Below, one piece after another: positions 27,773 to 36,629 of a stretch of 64,000 nucleotides of DNA. The notes beneath the pieces are model-generated. The model ran no database searches. It saw nothing but the letters and a program-made list of their open reading frames with translations, and was not told where the DNA came from. Position numbers and translations under genes: made by a program. The DNA is from an uncultured bacterium (GTDB lineage Bacteria; Hydrothermota; Tepidihabitantia; Tepidihabitantales; Tepidihabitantaceae): positions 6,722 through 70,721 of the forward strand of contig CAZQZR010000001.1 of NCBI GenBank assembly GCA_964597845.1, read 5' to 3'. The first letter of the stretch is position 1. Every line of letters starts with the position of its first letter.

Positions 27773-28573
27773 ATGCCAAACACCAAGAAGCAGATGGAGA
27801 CGAACAGGCCGAAGGCGGAACCCGGTCCGGTCGTGCGCAGGAGGGAAGTCGGCGCGACCGCAGTGTGGAACCGGCCGCGCGTTGATGCCGGGTTTGCCCG
27901 CGCGCTTACCAAGATAGTCCACGTGGAAATCCGGCGCTACGCGCCCTACATCGACCGGGACGCGTTATTCAGCAAACGCTGGCGCATACTCGGCGCCAAT
28001 CCGACAAGGGCGGCCCGGCTCGAGGCGGACTGGAACCTAGACCAGATGCTGGCTGACGCCCACCGGCGCGGGCTGTGGCACGGTGCGCTGGTATACGGTT
28101 TGTTTGTGGCCCGCATCGATGGGCGGGACCTGGCGGTTCTTCACCCCGGAACCGGCCAGGAGCTGACCCGGCTACGGTTCGCTCCTTCCTTTACCCGCCG
28201 GCTTTCCCGGCAACACGGGTCGGCGCGCTTCCACATCGCCCTGCAGGTCGTGACCACGGGCGGCCGGGCTGTGGAGGAAGGCCAAGCACTGGCCGAGCAG
28301 GGCCGGGTTCACGACCAGTTCCTGCTCCATGGTCTCGGCGCCGAGCTGACCGAAGTGCTCGCCGGGTACAGCCAGTCCCGGCTGCCGAAACTACCGGGCT
28401 GGCGCAAGGTCGTTCGCTACAGTCCGGGCTGTCCGGTCTGGCCGGACCTGTCGGAACAGCAGAAGATATTCACCCTGCTCCGGCCTGAACGTATCGGGGT
28501 TACGCTTGCCGAGAGCTTCCAGCTGGTGCCGGAGTATTCGACCAGCGCGATTGTGCTGCCCCTGCCGCGGTAA
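27773..28573 (+). CDS. stand-alone methionine-synthase (MetH) activation-domain-like protein
   Basis: ORF 27638..28573 trimmed to ATG 27773 (GAGGAG at 27764-27769). YAPYIDRDALF and RYSPGCPVWPDLSEQQKIFTLLRPERIGVTLAESFQLVPEYSTSAIV resemble the AdoMet-binding reactivation domain. Confidence 0.55.
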   Translation: MPNTKKQMETNRPKAEPGPVVRRREVGATAVWNRPRVDAGFARALTKIVHVEIRRYAPYIDRDALFSKRWRILGANPTRAARLEADWNLDQMLADAHRRGLWHGALVYGLFVARIDGRDLAVLHPGTGQELTRLRFAPSFTRRLSRQHGSARFHIALQVVTTGGRAVEEGQALAEQGRVHDQFLLHGLGAELTEVLAGYSQSRLPKLPGWRKVVRYSPGCPVWPDLSEQQKIFTLLRPERIGVTLAESFQLVPEYSTSAIVLPLPR

Positions 28574-28586
28574 GAATGACGAGCAA

Positions 28587-29651
28587 GTGAGCGAGCAGCC
28601 GGTCCGGTTCGCCGGGATACTGACGCACGAGCGGCCACACCTCGACGAAATTGTGGCAGTCTGGTTGTTGCGTAAGTTCGGCGAGCAGCGGTTTCCCGGG
28701 GTGGCGAGCGCCACGGTTTCATTTACCAGCGCCCGGAAGCTGGCCGATGCCGGCGCGAAGCCCGAAGACTACGAGGCACGAGGTGTGCTCCTGCTGGGCA
28801 TCGGCGGCGGCCGGTTCGATGAACACCCGACCATGGAAGAAGGCCGAAAGGCGGACGACTGCGCGACCACGCTTGTGGCCAGGGAACTCGGCATCAGCGA
28901 AGACCCCTCGCTGGCCAAGATTCTGCGGTTCGTCCGGGCCGCGGACGTCCAGGGCAACGCTTCCCCGTTCGACATTTCCTACGTCGTCAAACTGCTTCAC
29001 TCCCGGTACCCGGCCGACCCGTCCCGGGCAATCGAGTGGGCATTGGTCGCAATCGAGGCCAAGTACGAAGAACAGCTCCGGTTCTTTACCGTGGTCAAGC
29101 CGGAGTTCGATGCCAAGGCCAGAGTTGAAGAGGCCACGGTCGGACAACGCCGGTTGAAGATGGTAACCATTGACTCGGATGAGGATGGAATCCACAAGTA
29201 CGCCCGGTCCGAATATGGCGCCCGTGCCGCGGTCGTAATCCAGCGGCGCTCAACGGGAAACGTCGTCGTATTCGGCAACAAGCAGGCGGGCGTTGACCTG
29301 CGCGAGGCGGCAAAACTGGTGCGACTGGCGGAGCAGGCGGCTAAGGGTCAGGTGGTTACGACCGACGAAGGGCGGCTGACGGCCGAGGGCCAGGTGCCGG
29401 GCGCGGCAGAGTGGTTCTACCATCAGCAGGGGCAGATGCTCATGAACGGCAGCCTCACCCAGACGGACGTGCCGGCGACCCGGCTCGGCCTTGACCAGAT
29501 TGCCGAACTGGTCAAAGTCGGCATAGACCCGACCCGGCTCAAACCGCTGTGTCAGTCAACCGGCCGGTGCATCGGCGACGTCTGCGACTGGTACGGATGG
29601 TCGCTTGCACGCTGCATCGCCCTGCGGCGACCAGCCCCGGACGCGGGCTAG
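28587..29651 (+). CDS. MYG1/UPF0160-like metal-dependent hydrolase with Cys-rich C-terminal tail
   Basis: ORF 28506..29651 trimmed to GTG 28587. THERPHLDEIVAVWLL (H-x4-H-x-DE), LGIGGGRFDEH and WFYHQQGQMLMNG parallel the MYG1 motifs. Tail CQSTGRCIGDVCDWYGWSLARC. Confidence 0.45.
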   Translation: MSEQPVRFAGILTHERPHLDEIVAVWLLRKFGEQRFPGVASATVSFTSARKLADAGAKPEDYEARGVLLLGIGGGRFDEHPTMEEGRKADDCATTLVARELGISEDPSLAKILRFVRAADVQGNASPFDISYVVKLLHSRYPADPSRAIEWALVAIEAKYEEQLRFFTVVKPEFDAKARVEEATVGQRRLKMVTIDSDEDGIHKYARSEYGARAAVVIQRRSTGNVVVFGNKQAGVDLREAAKLVRLAEQAAKGQVVTTDEGRLTAEGQVPGAAEWFYHQQGQMLMNGSLTQTDVPATRLGLDQIAELVKVGIDPTRLKPLCQSTGRCIGDVCDWYGWSLARCIALRRPAPDAG

Positions 29652-29712
29652 AACTCCGGGGAGCCCCGCGGTTCTACGTGAACGTCGCGGCCCGGTTTTC
29701 CCTCCTAAGCAG

Positions 29713-29744
29713 GACGCCCCAAGCCGAGGCTGGCGTGGGGCGTC
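29713..29744. terminator. hairpin between convergent genes
   Basis: GACGCCCCA, 14-nt loop, TGGGGCGTC. Confidence 0.5.
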
Positions 29745-29764
29745 AAAGTGGCCAGCGGGTGACG

Positions 29765-31759
29765 TTACTTCAGGAAGTACACCTCGCGGAACTGGGGCCG
29801 GGTTACTGCATCGATTGCGGCCTTGAGTTTCGGGAACTCGCTGGCTGCGTAGTTCTCCTTTATCACCCGGACGGCGTAGTAGAAACTGACACCGTCGGCG
29901 GTCTTCGCCCAGCCGCCTTCGGAAGAACCGCTGGTGTCGCTGACCATCACGCTGTCGGGCAGGATGTCTACCTTCAAACCGGGCGGCAGCTTGATATTGC
30001 AGTTGTGGACGTAGACGCGGGAAGGCCGGGTCTCGACCGGGTTGATGCGCCTCGTACCCGAAGCAATTCCGAATAGCGGCTCGCCGACCACGGCCGGGGA
30101 TGGTACGCGCATCGAGACTTCGCCCTTCTGGGTTACAGCGTAGCGCGGCGCCGTGAAGTGGAAGCCGGCCCTCACCGGTCTGGACAGGTCATTCAAGTCC
30201 GAAAACCAGAACGTATCCATCTGCGCACCGGTCTTGATACTCGACGCGGTCTGCGCCATCGAACGCTTCCGGTCGGTCGGCGTCTGGTCCCGCCATCTCG
30301 AACGAATCTGGTTGTCGTAGAATCCGCCCGCTTCGGTCGAGACCGTGCCGGAGAGGTCGCCGCCGTCGTTCAGCGTAAGGTCGGCAGTAGTGATGGCAAG
30401 GTCGCTCTGGGCGTTCCCCTTGCCCGGCACAGCAGTTAGCCCGCCGGACTCGCCGTCGAGGAGGAGCGCGTCGGACCCTGCTTCATCCTCGGGTATTGTG
30501 CCGTACAGGTTGTATTCGGCAAACGGGTCCAGGAAGATGGGCGATTGCCGACTGCCGATATCCGATTTGGCGGACGCGGTATCAGGCACGAAGGCCATTG
30601 TCGCGAGCCAGTCGAACGCGTCGGGTGACGGGACGTTCTGAACAGCGGGAAGGACCCGGCTGACGACCACGGGGATTGCGTCGATGCCGGCTGCCCGGAG
30701 CAGGCTTATCAGCAGGCAGTTCTTATCCCGGCAGTCGCCGTATTTCCACGAGAGCACCTGCGTTGGCTTGTGGGTATCGTACCCGGCGTCGCCGTAGTCG
30801 AGCGGGACGCTTCGGAACTTCTGGGTAACGTAGAGGTAGATAGCCTGTACCGCGTAACTCCTGGTGTTGGTGTTGAGCATGCCGGAGAGCGGGTTAGTGG
30901 TGAGGGAATCAGCCAGCCGCTTGATTTCCGGCGACTGGACCAGTCCCTTGTCAAACTCCTTCTTCAGCTTGTCCGCGACCTGCTTCCAGTTCTGGTACGA
31001 CGAATATGAGAGCACCGGGATCAACTTGGCGATGTCAGGCATGCCCGGTTCCCGGATTATCTGTGGCGTGTTGGTCAATGTCCACGTGTACGAGACCTGG
31101 GAGGGGAGAGTCTCGACTCGAGGCTCCACTCCGGCCATGGTCCAGGCGTATTTGAATGCCGCGTTCCTGGGCACCACCAACGTGAACTCACGTTTCTGTG
31201 CCGGGTAGAAACTACCGAACCGGACCACGCCCGAAAACCCGTCTTCCTTGCTGCTCTTCTTCGGCTTCACGCGCACGCGGTACTCGATGACCGCGTTTCT
31301 TTCGAGCGCCGGGAACGAAACGACCTTGAGCATCGCGTTGGTGTAGGCCATCGCGCCAAAGACCTCGGGCGCGCTCACGTCTGAAATGGCGCGGGCCTCG
31401 GGCTTGACGACCGAGCCGTCCGGCTTATGGGTGCGGGCTTCGAGGACTTCGCAGACCTGTCCGTCCTTGTTGAACCGCTGGGAAACCTCGCCGAAGTCAT
31501 CCCGGCCCCGGTCTTCGAATATCTTCACCACCAGGGACCATTCCATCGTCGCGCTATTGTTCTTGTCTACGGTCACGACCTTGCGGTCGAGCAGGACCAG
31601 CGCGCCCGCCTCAGGATAGGCCTCGTGCCCCGGCGCGGCTTTGATGATGCTATCAATCTCGCTACCAAAGGACAGAGTCACGAGGACAAGGGACAAAACG
31701 ACCAGCCATTTTGCACTTTGCATTTTGCATTCTGCATTTTGAATTGACTTGGTTGCCAT
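29765..31759 (-). CDS. DUF3857 plus transglutaminase-like cysteine-protease-fold protein (secreted)
   Basis: 664 aa. Transglutaminase core YGDCRDKNCLLISLLRAAGIDA. GAGGAG upstream of ATG 31759. N-terminal residues NAECKMQSAK are encoded by an octamer array. Confidence 0.7.
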   Translation of the reverse strand: MATKSIQNAECKMQSAKWLVVLSLVLVTLSFGSEIDSIIKAAPGHEAYPEAGALVLLDRKVVTVDKNNSATMEWSLVVKIFEDRGRDDFGEVSQRFNKDGQVCEVLEARTHKPDGSVVKPEARAISDVSAPEVFGAMAYTNAMLKVVSFPALERNAVIEYRVRVKPKKSSKEDGFSGVVRFGSFYPAQKREFTLVVPRNAAFKYAWTMAGVEPRVETLPSQVSYTWTLTNTPQIIREPGMPDIAKLIPVLSYSSYQNWKQVADKLKKEFDKGLVQSPEIKRLADSLTTNPLSGMLNTNTRSYAVQAIYLYVTQKFRSVPLDYGDAGYDTHKPTQVLSWKYGDCRDKNCLLISLLRAAGIDAIPVVVSRVLPAVQNVPSPDAFDWLATMAFVPDTASAKSDIGSRQSPIFLDPFAEYNLYGTIPEDEAGSDALLLDGESGGLTAVPGKGNAQSDLAITTADLTLNDGGDLSGTVSTEAGGFYDNQIRSRWRDQTPTDRKRSMAQTASSIKTGAQMDTFWFSDLNDLSRPVRAGFHFTAPRYAVTQKGEVSMRVPSPAVVGEPLFGIASGTRRINPVETRPSRVYVHNCNIKLPPGLKVDILPDSVMVSDTSGSSEGGWAKTADGVSFYYAVRVIKENYAASEFPKLKAAIDAVTRPQFREVYFLK
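31707..31748. repeat. octamer array CATTTTGC at the 5' end of a CDS
   Basis: CATTTTGCACTTTGCATTTTGCATTCTGCATTTTGAATTG. Confidence 0.85.
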
Positions 31760-31762
31760 GTC

Positions 31763-33700
31763 CTACTCCTCTGCCTTCAGCATCACGTGCTGCCGTTCGA
31801 TCTCTTCGGTGGCGGCGAGCAGGCCGCGCAGCGCCGGGTATTCGGCCACCGTTACCAGCGGGTCGTTGAGGCTGAACCGGGCCTCGTTTACCACCCGGTT
31901 GCCGACTGCCTTGGTTTCCGACGTTGCGCTGGCCCGGCCCGCGGACTGCACCAGCGGGTCCGGCATCAAGACTGCCTTGTACCCCCAGGGCAGGGTCATC
32001 TCGTGAACCATGTGCCAGGCCTGGGTCGAGTGGAAATCGATGTCGTACTTGCGGATGGGCATCGACGACGCCCAAGTGAAGACGTTGGATACGAACGTCC
32101 CGTTGCCGGCCTTGGGAAGAGTGAAACGAATCGTCGGCTTGCGGGTGCCGGTTTTCGGTTTGAGCACGGTGGCGAAGTCGCCTACCGTGAAGTGGAGCTG
32201 AATCACGAGCGGCAGGTTCAGGTCGCGCGGGTCGGTCATCGTGATGGTGTCGAGCCGCGCGCCGGGCCCGAAAGCGCGCAGGACACGCTCGAATGTCTGT
32301 TTCTGCTGCTCGGGCGGCAGGTACTGGAGCAGCGAGCGCAGGCGCAGTTCCTGCAGCCCGACCGGCGTCAACTCGGCAGCCCCGGACAGCGCACCGCCGG
32401 CAGTAAGCGTGTCGTAGATGCGTATCTCAAGCAGGTTCGAGTCCGCCGGAATCATCGGCGTGTAGCGCAGATCGTCGCCCACTTTCGTGGCCACGAGTAT
32501 GCCGCGGTTCATCTCGGGCGCGGCGTAGTACTGGCGCGAATTCTCGACCGTCGGGTCGAGATAGTAGATACTGCCGTCCGCGCGCTTGACCGCGACCGTG
32601 GCGTGGTTGAACTGGTCGACCGGCAACTCCTTGTCGGTCTGGGTGCCGCCGTTGGTCAGGGTGATGTACGCGTCGATGCCGACGTGGCGCAGCATGCCCG
32701 CAAGCAGCGCGGCCTTGTCCCGGCATACGCCGTACCGCTTCTGGTAAGTCAGACTGGTTTTCTCCGGCTGGTACCCGCCCTTCTTGCCCGAAAGCGCCGT
32801 CTCGACGTAGCGTATCTTCTGGTCGACAAAGTTGTAGAGCGCACGCACCTTGGCGTTCTCGGTCGTTGCGCCTGCGACGAGCGAATCGATGGCGTGCGCC
32901 AGCGAGGAATCGACCTCGTACTGAGTCGAACAGAGGTCGTAGTACCAGCGCGACCATGTCTGCCAGTCCGGCTGGGTGCAGACAAGGAGCCGGGTCATCG
33001 ACTCGACGTACGGCATCAGCGGCTCGTAGACCACCTTGGGTACGTCGTGCGCCGACCACGTCATTCGCTGCCGGTTGCCGCTGGTCGCGAAGGAAGTATC
33101 CACCGACCCGGACTTGACCAGCCAGCGGAACTTCATCGCGGCCGGTGCGTCAATCGTGTAGGTCGTTGCGACCGCCGGGTCCCCGGTTTCGAAAAGGACC
33201 TCGCCGTCGTACTGGCCTTCCATCACCGGGTTGTGGGTGACGTCCTCGGTGATCCACTCGACCGCGGAGCCGAGATCCAGGCCCGGGAACTGGATGGACT
33301 TGACCCGCACGTTGGGCATAACGAACTTCGAGCCTTCCCAGAGCGGCATCGGTACGTCCATGATGTCCTTCTTCGGTACGTTCACCACCTTGCCCTGCGG
33401 GGTTATCACCCGCGCGAGGCGGATTTCGAGCTTCGAATAGGTCTGGAAGTACGAGTCGAAGCTGGTCGCGTATCTTTTCTTCCCTTCGTCGGTCAGTACC
33501 TTGATCAACCGATGCTCGCGGGTCACGTTCCGGCCGTCGGCCTGCAGCGTAACCACGGTCGAATCGAAGACGACGACGGCGTTGGCGTCGGGGTAATTCT
33601 CGGCCGTGATGCTCTTAAGCAGCGCGACCGGCGGCGCGGCCGCGACAGCAACGCCGGCCAGAATCAGCAGCGCGGAAACGAGACCTGTGAAACGAATCAT
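31763..33700 (-). CDS. DUF3857 plus transglutaminase-like protein (paralogue of the downstream gene)
   Basis: ORF 31763..33946 trimmed to ATG 33700 (MIRFTGLVSALLILAGVAVAAA signal peptide). Core RYGVCRDKAALLAGMLRHVGIDA. Confidence 0.7.
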   Translation of the reverse strand: MIRFTGLVSALLILAGVAVAAAPPVALLKSITAENYPDANAVVVFDSTVVTLQADGRNVTREHRLIKVLTDEGKKRYATSFDSYFQTYSKLEIRLARVITPQGKVVNVPKKDIMDVPMPLWEGSKFVMPNVRVKSIQFPGLDLGSAVEWITEDVTHNPVMEGQYDGEVLFETGDPAVATTYTIDAPAAMKFRWLVKSGSVDTSFATSGNRQRMTWSAHDVPKVVYEPLMPYVESMTRLLVCTQPDWQTWSRWYYDLCSTQYEVDSSLAHAIDSLVAGATTENAKVRALYNFVDQKIRYVETALSGKKGGYQPEKTSLTYQKRYGVCRDKAALLAGMLRHVGIDAYITLTNGGTQTDKELPVDQFNHATVAVKRADGSIYYLDPTVENSRQYYAAPEMNRGILVATKVGDDLRYTPMIPADSNLLEIRIYDTLTAGGALSGAAELTPVGLQELRLRSLLQYLPPEQQKQTFERVLRAFGPGARLDTITMTDPRDLNLPLVIQLHFTVGDFATVLKPKTGTRKPTIRFTLPKAGNGTFVSNVFTWASSMPIRKYDIDFHSTQAWHMVHEMTLPWGYKAVLMPDPLVQSAGRASATSETKAVGNRVVNEARFSLNDPLVTVAEYPALRGLLAATEEIERQHVMLKAEE

Positions 33701-33995
33701 AGCTTGACTCCCATTAGATTTCCCTCTGACTATAATCAGCGCCCGCCAAAAGTCAAAGACAGAGCCCGGCCGTACTTGGCCAGCCGTCGAGGTAAGAGTA
33801 ACCGCTGACATCGGCGGTCTTCCCGCCCTCCGCCCCTTGCCCTTGACGGGATTTGGTTGAGTAGTCAATCTACGGTTCTTCCAGTTTACTATATGTCCTC
33901 CGGCAATCGGCCCCCGGAATCCGCCAACTTCGACATTTTCCGTCACTTAGCCCCCTTGTCTGAAAGTACCCTACCCCATCCCCCATGCTGCTTTG

Positions 33996-34337
33996 GAGAT
34001 TATCGGCAGAATCGCGTGGAGCGCGATCCGGAAGACCGTTTGCGAGATCGTCCGGCACACAATCATGAACGCCGTCCAGGCGACCGTGGAGATGACCGTC
34101 AGCAAGACAATCTCCCGCGGAATCTCGCGGACAGTCTTGACCACCGCGTCGAGAGCCGTTCAACAGAAGACTCCGCAGACGGCCCGAAGAGTCATCAGAT
34201 GGGCAATCGGGAGAGCAATTCGGTCGGCAACCTGCTCAATCATTCGACAGGCTGCCGAGGAGATTACTCATCGAACTGCGGGAAGAATCGCCTGCGAAAT
34301 TCCATCCCGAATCGGCAATCGACACCGCCAGCGATGA
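33996..34337. repeat. 12-nt-period degenerate tandem array (about 28 units), type 'RTC'
   Basis: An RTY/RCN triplet recurs at 34002+12k (ATC 34002, ATC 34026, GTT 34038, GTC 34050, ATC 34062, GTC 34074, GTG 34086, GTC 34098, ATC 34110, ATC 34122, GTC 34134 ... ATT 34242). All frames on both strands stay largely open. Confidence 0.8.
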
Positions 34338-34480
34338 AGAGGTCGAGCCGTTAGTCGTCGACGGCCTACCGTAAACCGCAGTTACATCCCCCGTTCGCGG
34401 AGATCGACACTCGTCAATCGGCAGTCGGAAAGAGCGACACCGGCAACTCGGGCGTTCCGCATCCGTGCCTTCTCCTCTGT

Positions 34481-34509
34481 TTGACATCTGCCCGATTCGC
34501 CGTTATAAC
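34481..34509 (+). promoter_or_regulatory. sigma-70-type promoter
   Basis: TTGACA, 17 nt, TATAAC. Confidence 0.5.
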
Positions 34510-34635
34510 CTCCGCGTGTTTGTCAGAGGTTCTGCCTGATGGGATTGACCCCTGCTGCCGTCCATACTCGACCGCGCGTTTAGGGGCGAGCTGTAACGGG
34601 CGTGAAGGCGAAGTCAAACAGGTGAGGTGCATACA

Positions 34636-35064
34636 ATGACCAAGAATACAGGCGAAGGTAAAGGGCGTCGGAAGGCGCGAACCCCGGCTGCGAAGCGCGA
34701 GCCGGAGAGGTTGTCCAAGGCGGAGTTTGAAGCATTGGCCGTTCTGTTCGGTCTCGGACGCACATCGGTTCGGAGGAAGCACATTGCCCCCGGAACCAAG
34801 CTGCGGCTCACGCTCAACGATGAGGAACGGAAGTTGATACTGAACACCTGGTCGATATCCGGCGGGCTGACCGACGTGCAGTTGCGGGCCCTGGAGATAG
34901 CCCCGAAGCCGGAGCTGCTTCTGACCCTCGGTGATTGGGATGACCTGGCCGGCTGGGTTGCAGCGACCAGGAATCACGCTCGCGGCGGCAGCAAGCTGCA
35001 ACGCCGCGCCGACGCGCTCTCCGACCGGATTCAGGCGCTGCTGGATAGTCACACGGACGAGTGA
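34636..35064 (+). CDS. hypothetical basic-N-terminus protein
   Basis: ORF 34627..35064. ATG 34636 lies 8 nt after GGTGAGG. A promoter-like TTGACA-17-TATAAC sits at 34481-34509. No family recognised. Confidence 0.5.
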   Translation: MTKNTGEGKGRRKARTPAAKREPERLSKAEFEALAVLFGLGRTSVRRKHIAPGTKLRLTLNDEERKLILNTWSISGGLTDVQLRALEIAPKPELLLTLGDWDDLAGWVAATRNHARGGSKLQRRADALSDRIQALLDSHTDE

Positions 35065-35131
35065 GCGATCAATTCTGCGGCCCCTGCCGGACCAGCGCGG
35101 CGGGCACGCTGAACATGAGCTGAGGTGATAC

Positions 35132-35389
35132 ATGGAAGAAGATGGCCAGAGGCTGAAGGCGACTATACTCGAGGTGGTGGAGAATCAGCTACGGGACGGA
35201 GACCCGCCTGAAACCCGCGAGACGCTCGACCGGCTGATGCGTGAGGGGCACTCCGAGGCCGACGCCAGGCTGTTGCTCGGACAGGTAGTTACTGTCGAGG
35301 TGTACTGCATGTGGAAGGAGAGGAAGCCGTTCAACCGCGAGCGGTTCGTCCGCAATCTCAAGGGCCTTCCTGCTGAGCCGCAGGAATGA
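35132..35389 (+). CDS. small DUF1841-like hypothetical protein
   Basis: 85 aa. GAGGTG 4 nt upstream. ILEVVENQLRDGDPPETRETLDRLMREGHSEADARLLLG resembles the DUF1841-type motif. Confidence 0.5.
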   Translation: MEEDGQRLKATILEVVENQLRDGDPPETRETLDRLMREGHSEADARLLLGQVVTVEVYCMWKERKPFNRERFVRNLKGLPAEPQE

Positions 35390-35565
35390 ACCTTGATGCG
35401 ACTTCCTGCGACACGACAGGCGATTCCTGACGCGCGGGTAGCTGCCGACCAAGAGACCATCTCGCTTCGCTCATGGCGGCTCAGCGCCGTCTATATGTAG
35501 TGGTCAGGAACGGCCTGAGGCACAATTTCCCCGTAGGGGGTACGGACTGGAGACCGCCCCCCGGG

Positions 35566-35825
35566 TTGCTTTCAAGCGAGGTTTTGAACGAGGTTTGAAA
35601 TGTGCTTTGAACCGAGCTTTTGATTAAGCTTTTCCGCGAGCTTTGAACCAAGCTTTGAAACAAGCTGTTTCTTGAGCTTTTCCTTGAGCTTTGAGTCGAG
35701 CTTTGCGAGAAGCTTTGAAGTAAGCTTTTGTCCGAGCTTTGAAATGAACTTTCAAGTGAGTTTTTCAAGAAGCTCTTGAGTGAGCTTTCTCGGGAGCTTT
35801 CCGGCGAGCTTTGTGGAAAGCTGTT
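35566..35825. repeat. 12-nt-period array (about 21 units) of GAGCTTTS octamer plus 4 variable nt
   Basis: GAGGTTTTGAAC GAGGTTTGAAAT GTGCTTTGAACC GAGCTTTTGATT AAGCTTTTCCGC GAGCTTTGAACC ... GAGCTTTCCGGC GAGCTTTGTGGA. Preceded by CCCCCCGGGTT and followed directly by an octamer array. Confidence 0.85.
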
Positions 35826-35867
35826 GCGGGTTGCGAGTTACGAGTTGCGGTTGGCGGGTTGTGGGTG
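35823..35867. repeat. octamer array GAGTTGCG (intergenic copy)
   Basis: GTTGCGGGTTGCGAGTTACGAGTTGCGGTTGGCGGGTTGTGGGTG. Confidence 0.85.
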
Positions 35868-35981
35868 ATGAAAGGGCGCGGGCGCCGAAGTGGGGGAAAA
35901 TGGACGGTGATGATTCAGCGGTCGGCCGGGTTGACACATGGGCGAGAATCGGTAGGCTATTGCCAGCCAGAGAAGGCTCAT

Positions 35982-36431
35982 TTGCATAAATACTTCGTTC
36001 CCTTCGCAGTTCTTGCCGGGCTGTTGCTCGCAGTATCCGCATGTCAGCGCTACACGCACGAGGAGGTGTCGTTCCGCGCGCCGGTGGTCGTGCTCATAAA
36101 CGGCCTGTACGACCCGGGCCGGGTGGTGTCCTTCACGGCGACCAAGATGAAGGAGGGCGGTGCTGAAGTCGCCGGCTCGAGCCTGACCGGCGACCGGTTT
36201 ACCGATCTCCTGGGCCACGCCGACTTCGTCTTCGGCTACAGCCTGGAGTACGATGCGGGCGAGGACGAAGCAGAAGCGGCCTTCGTTGAGGGCGCGCGTG
36301 TCGTGGCGACGCTGGAGTACAATGGTAATATCTTCACCGATACGGTAGGTGTCTACCCGCCGTTCAAGTGGCCTCTGCAGGGACCGGAGCGCATTACCGA
36401 CACGCTGCGAATTTACCTGCTCGCCAAGTAG
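35982..36431 (+). CDS. lipoprotein, function unknown
   Basis: ORF 35811..36431 trimmed to TTG 35982. (M)HKYFVPFAVLAGLLLAVSAC has lipobox VSAC. The upstream part of the track ORF is repeat-array sequence. Confidence 0.5.
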   Translation: MHKYFVPFAVLAGLLLAVSACQRYTHEEVSFRAPVVVLINGLYDPGRVVSFTATKMKEGGAEVAGSSLTGDRFTDLLGHADFVFGYSLEYDAGEDEAEAAFVEGARVVATLEYNGNIFTDTVGVYPPFKWPLQGPERITDTLRIYLLAK

Positions 36432-36515
36432 AACCACCCGGCGGTGTCCTGAGGGTACGTCGGGTCGGGCTCGGAACGCCAGAAGTCGGAGGCTGACCGT
36501 TTGCCGTCCACGTTC

Positions 36516-36543
36516 TTGCGGAGGAGTGCGGTTGGGTTATACT
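36516..36543 (+). promoter_or_regulatory. sigma-70-type promoter of the nitroreductase gene
   Basis: TTGCGG, 16 nt, TATACT. Confidence 0.4.
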
Positions 36544-36629
36544 GCTCCATGGAGAACCATCAATGAAGTTCATGACTGCGATTTCCGTCGAGGGCCGGGG
36601 CGGGGCCATCGCCCGGCACGGGTAGCCTG

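Noticed and set aside
31787-33808. A 673-aa plus-strand ORF
   Set aside because: It is antisense to the well-supported DUF3857/transglutaminase gene. The product is R/G/V/D-rich with no motifs, which is a typical shadow ORF of a high-GC coding region.
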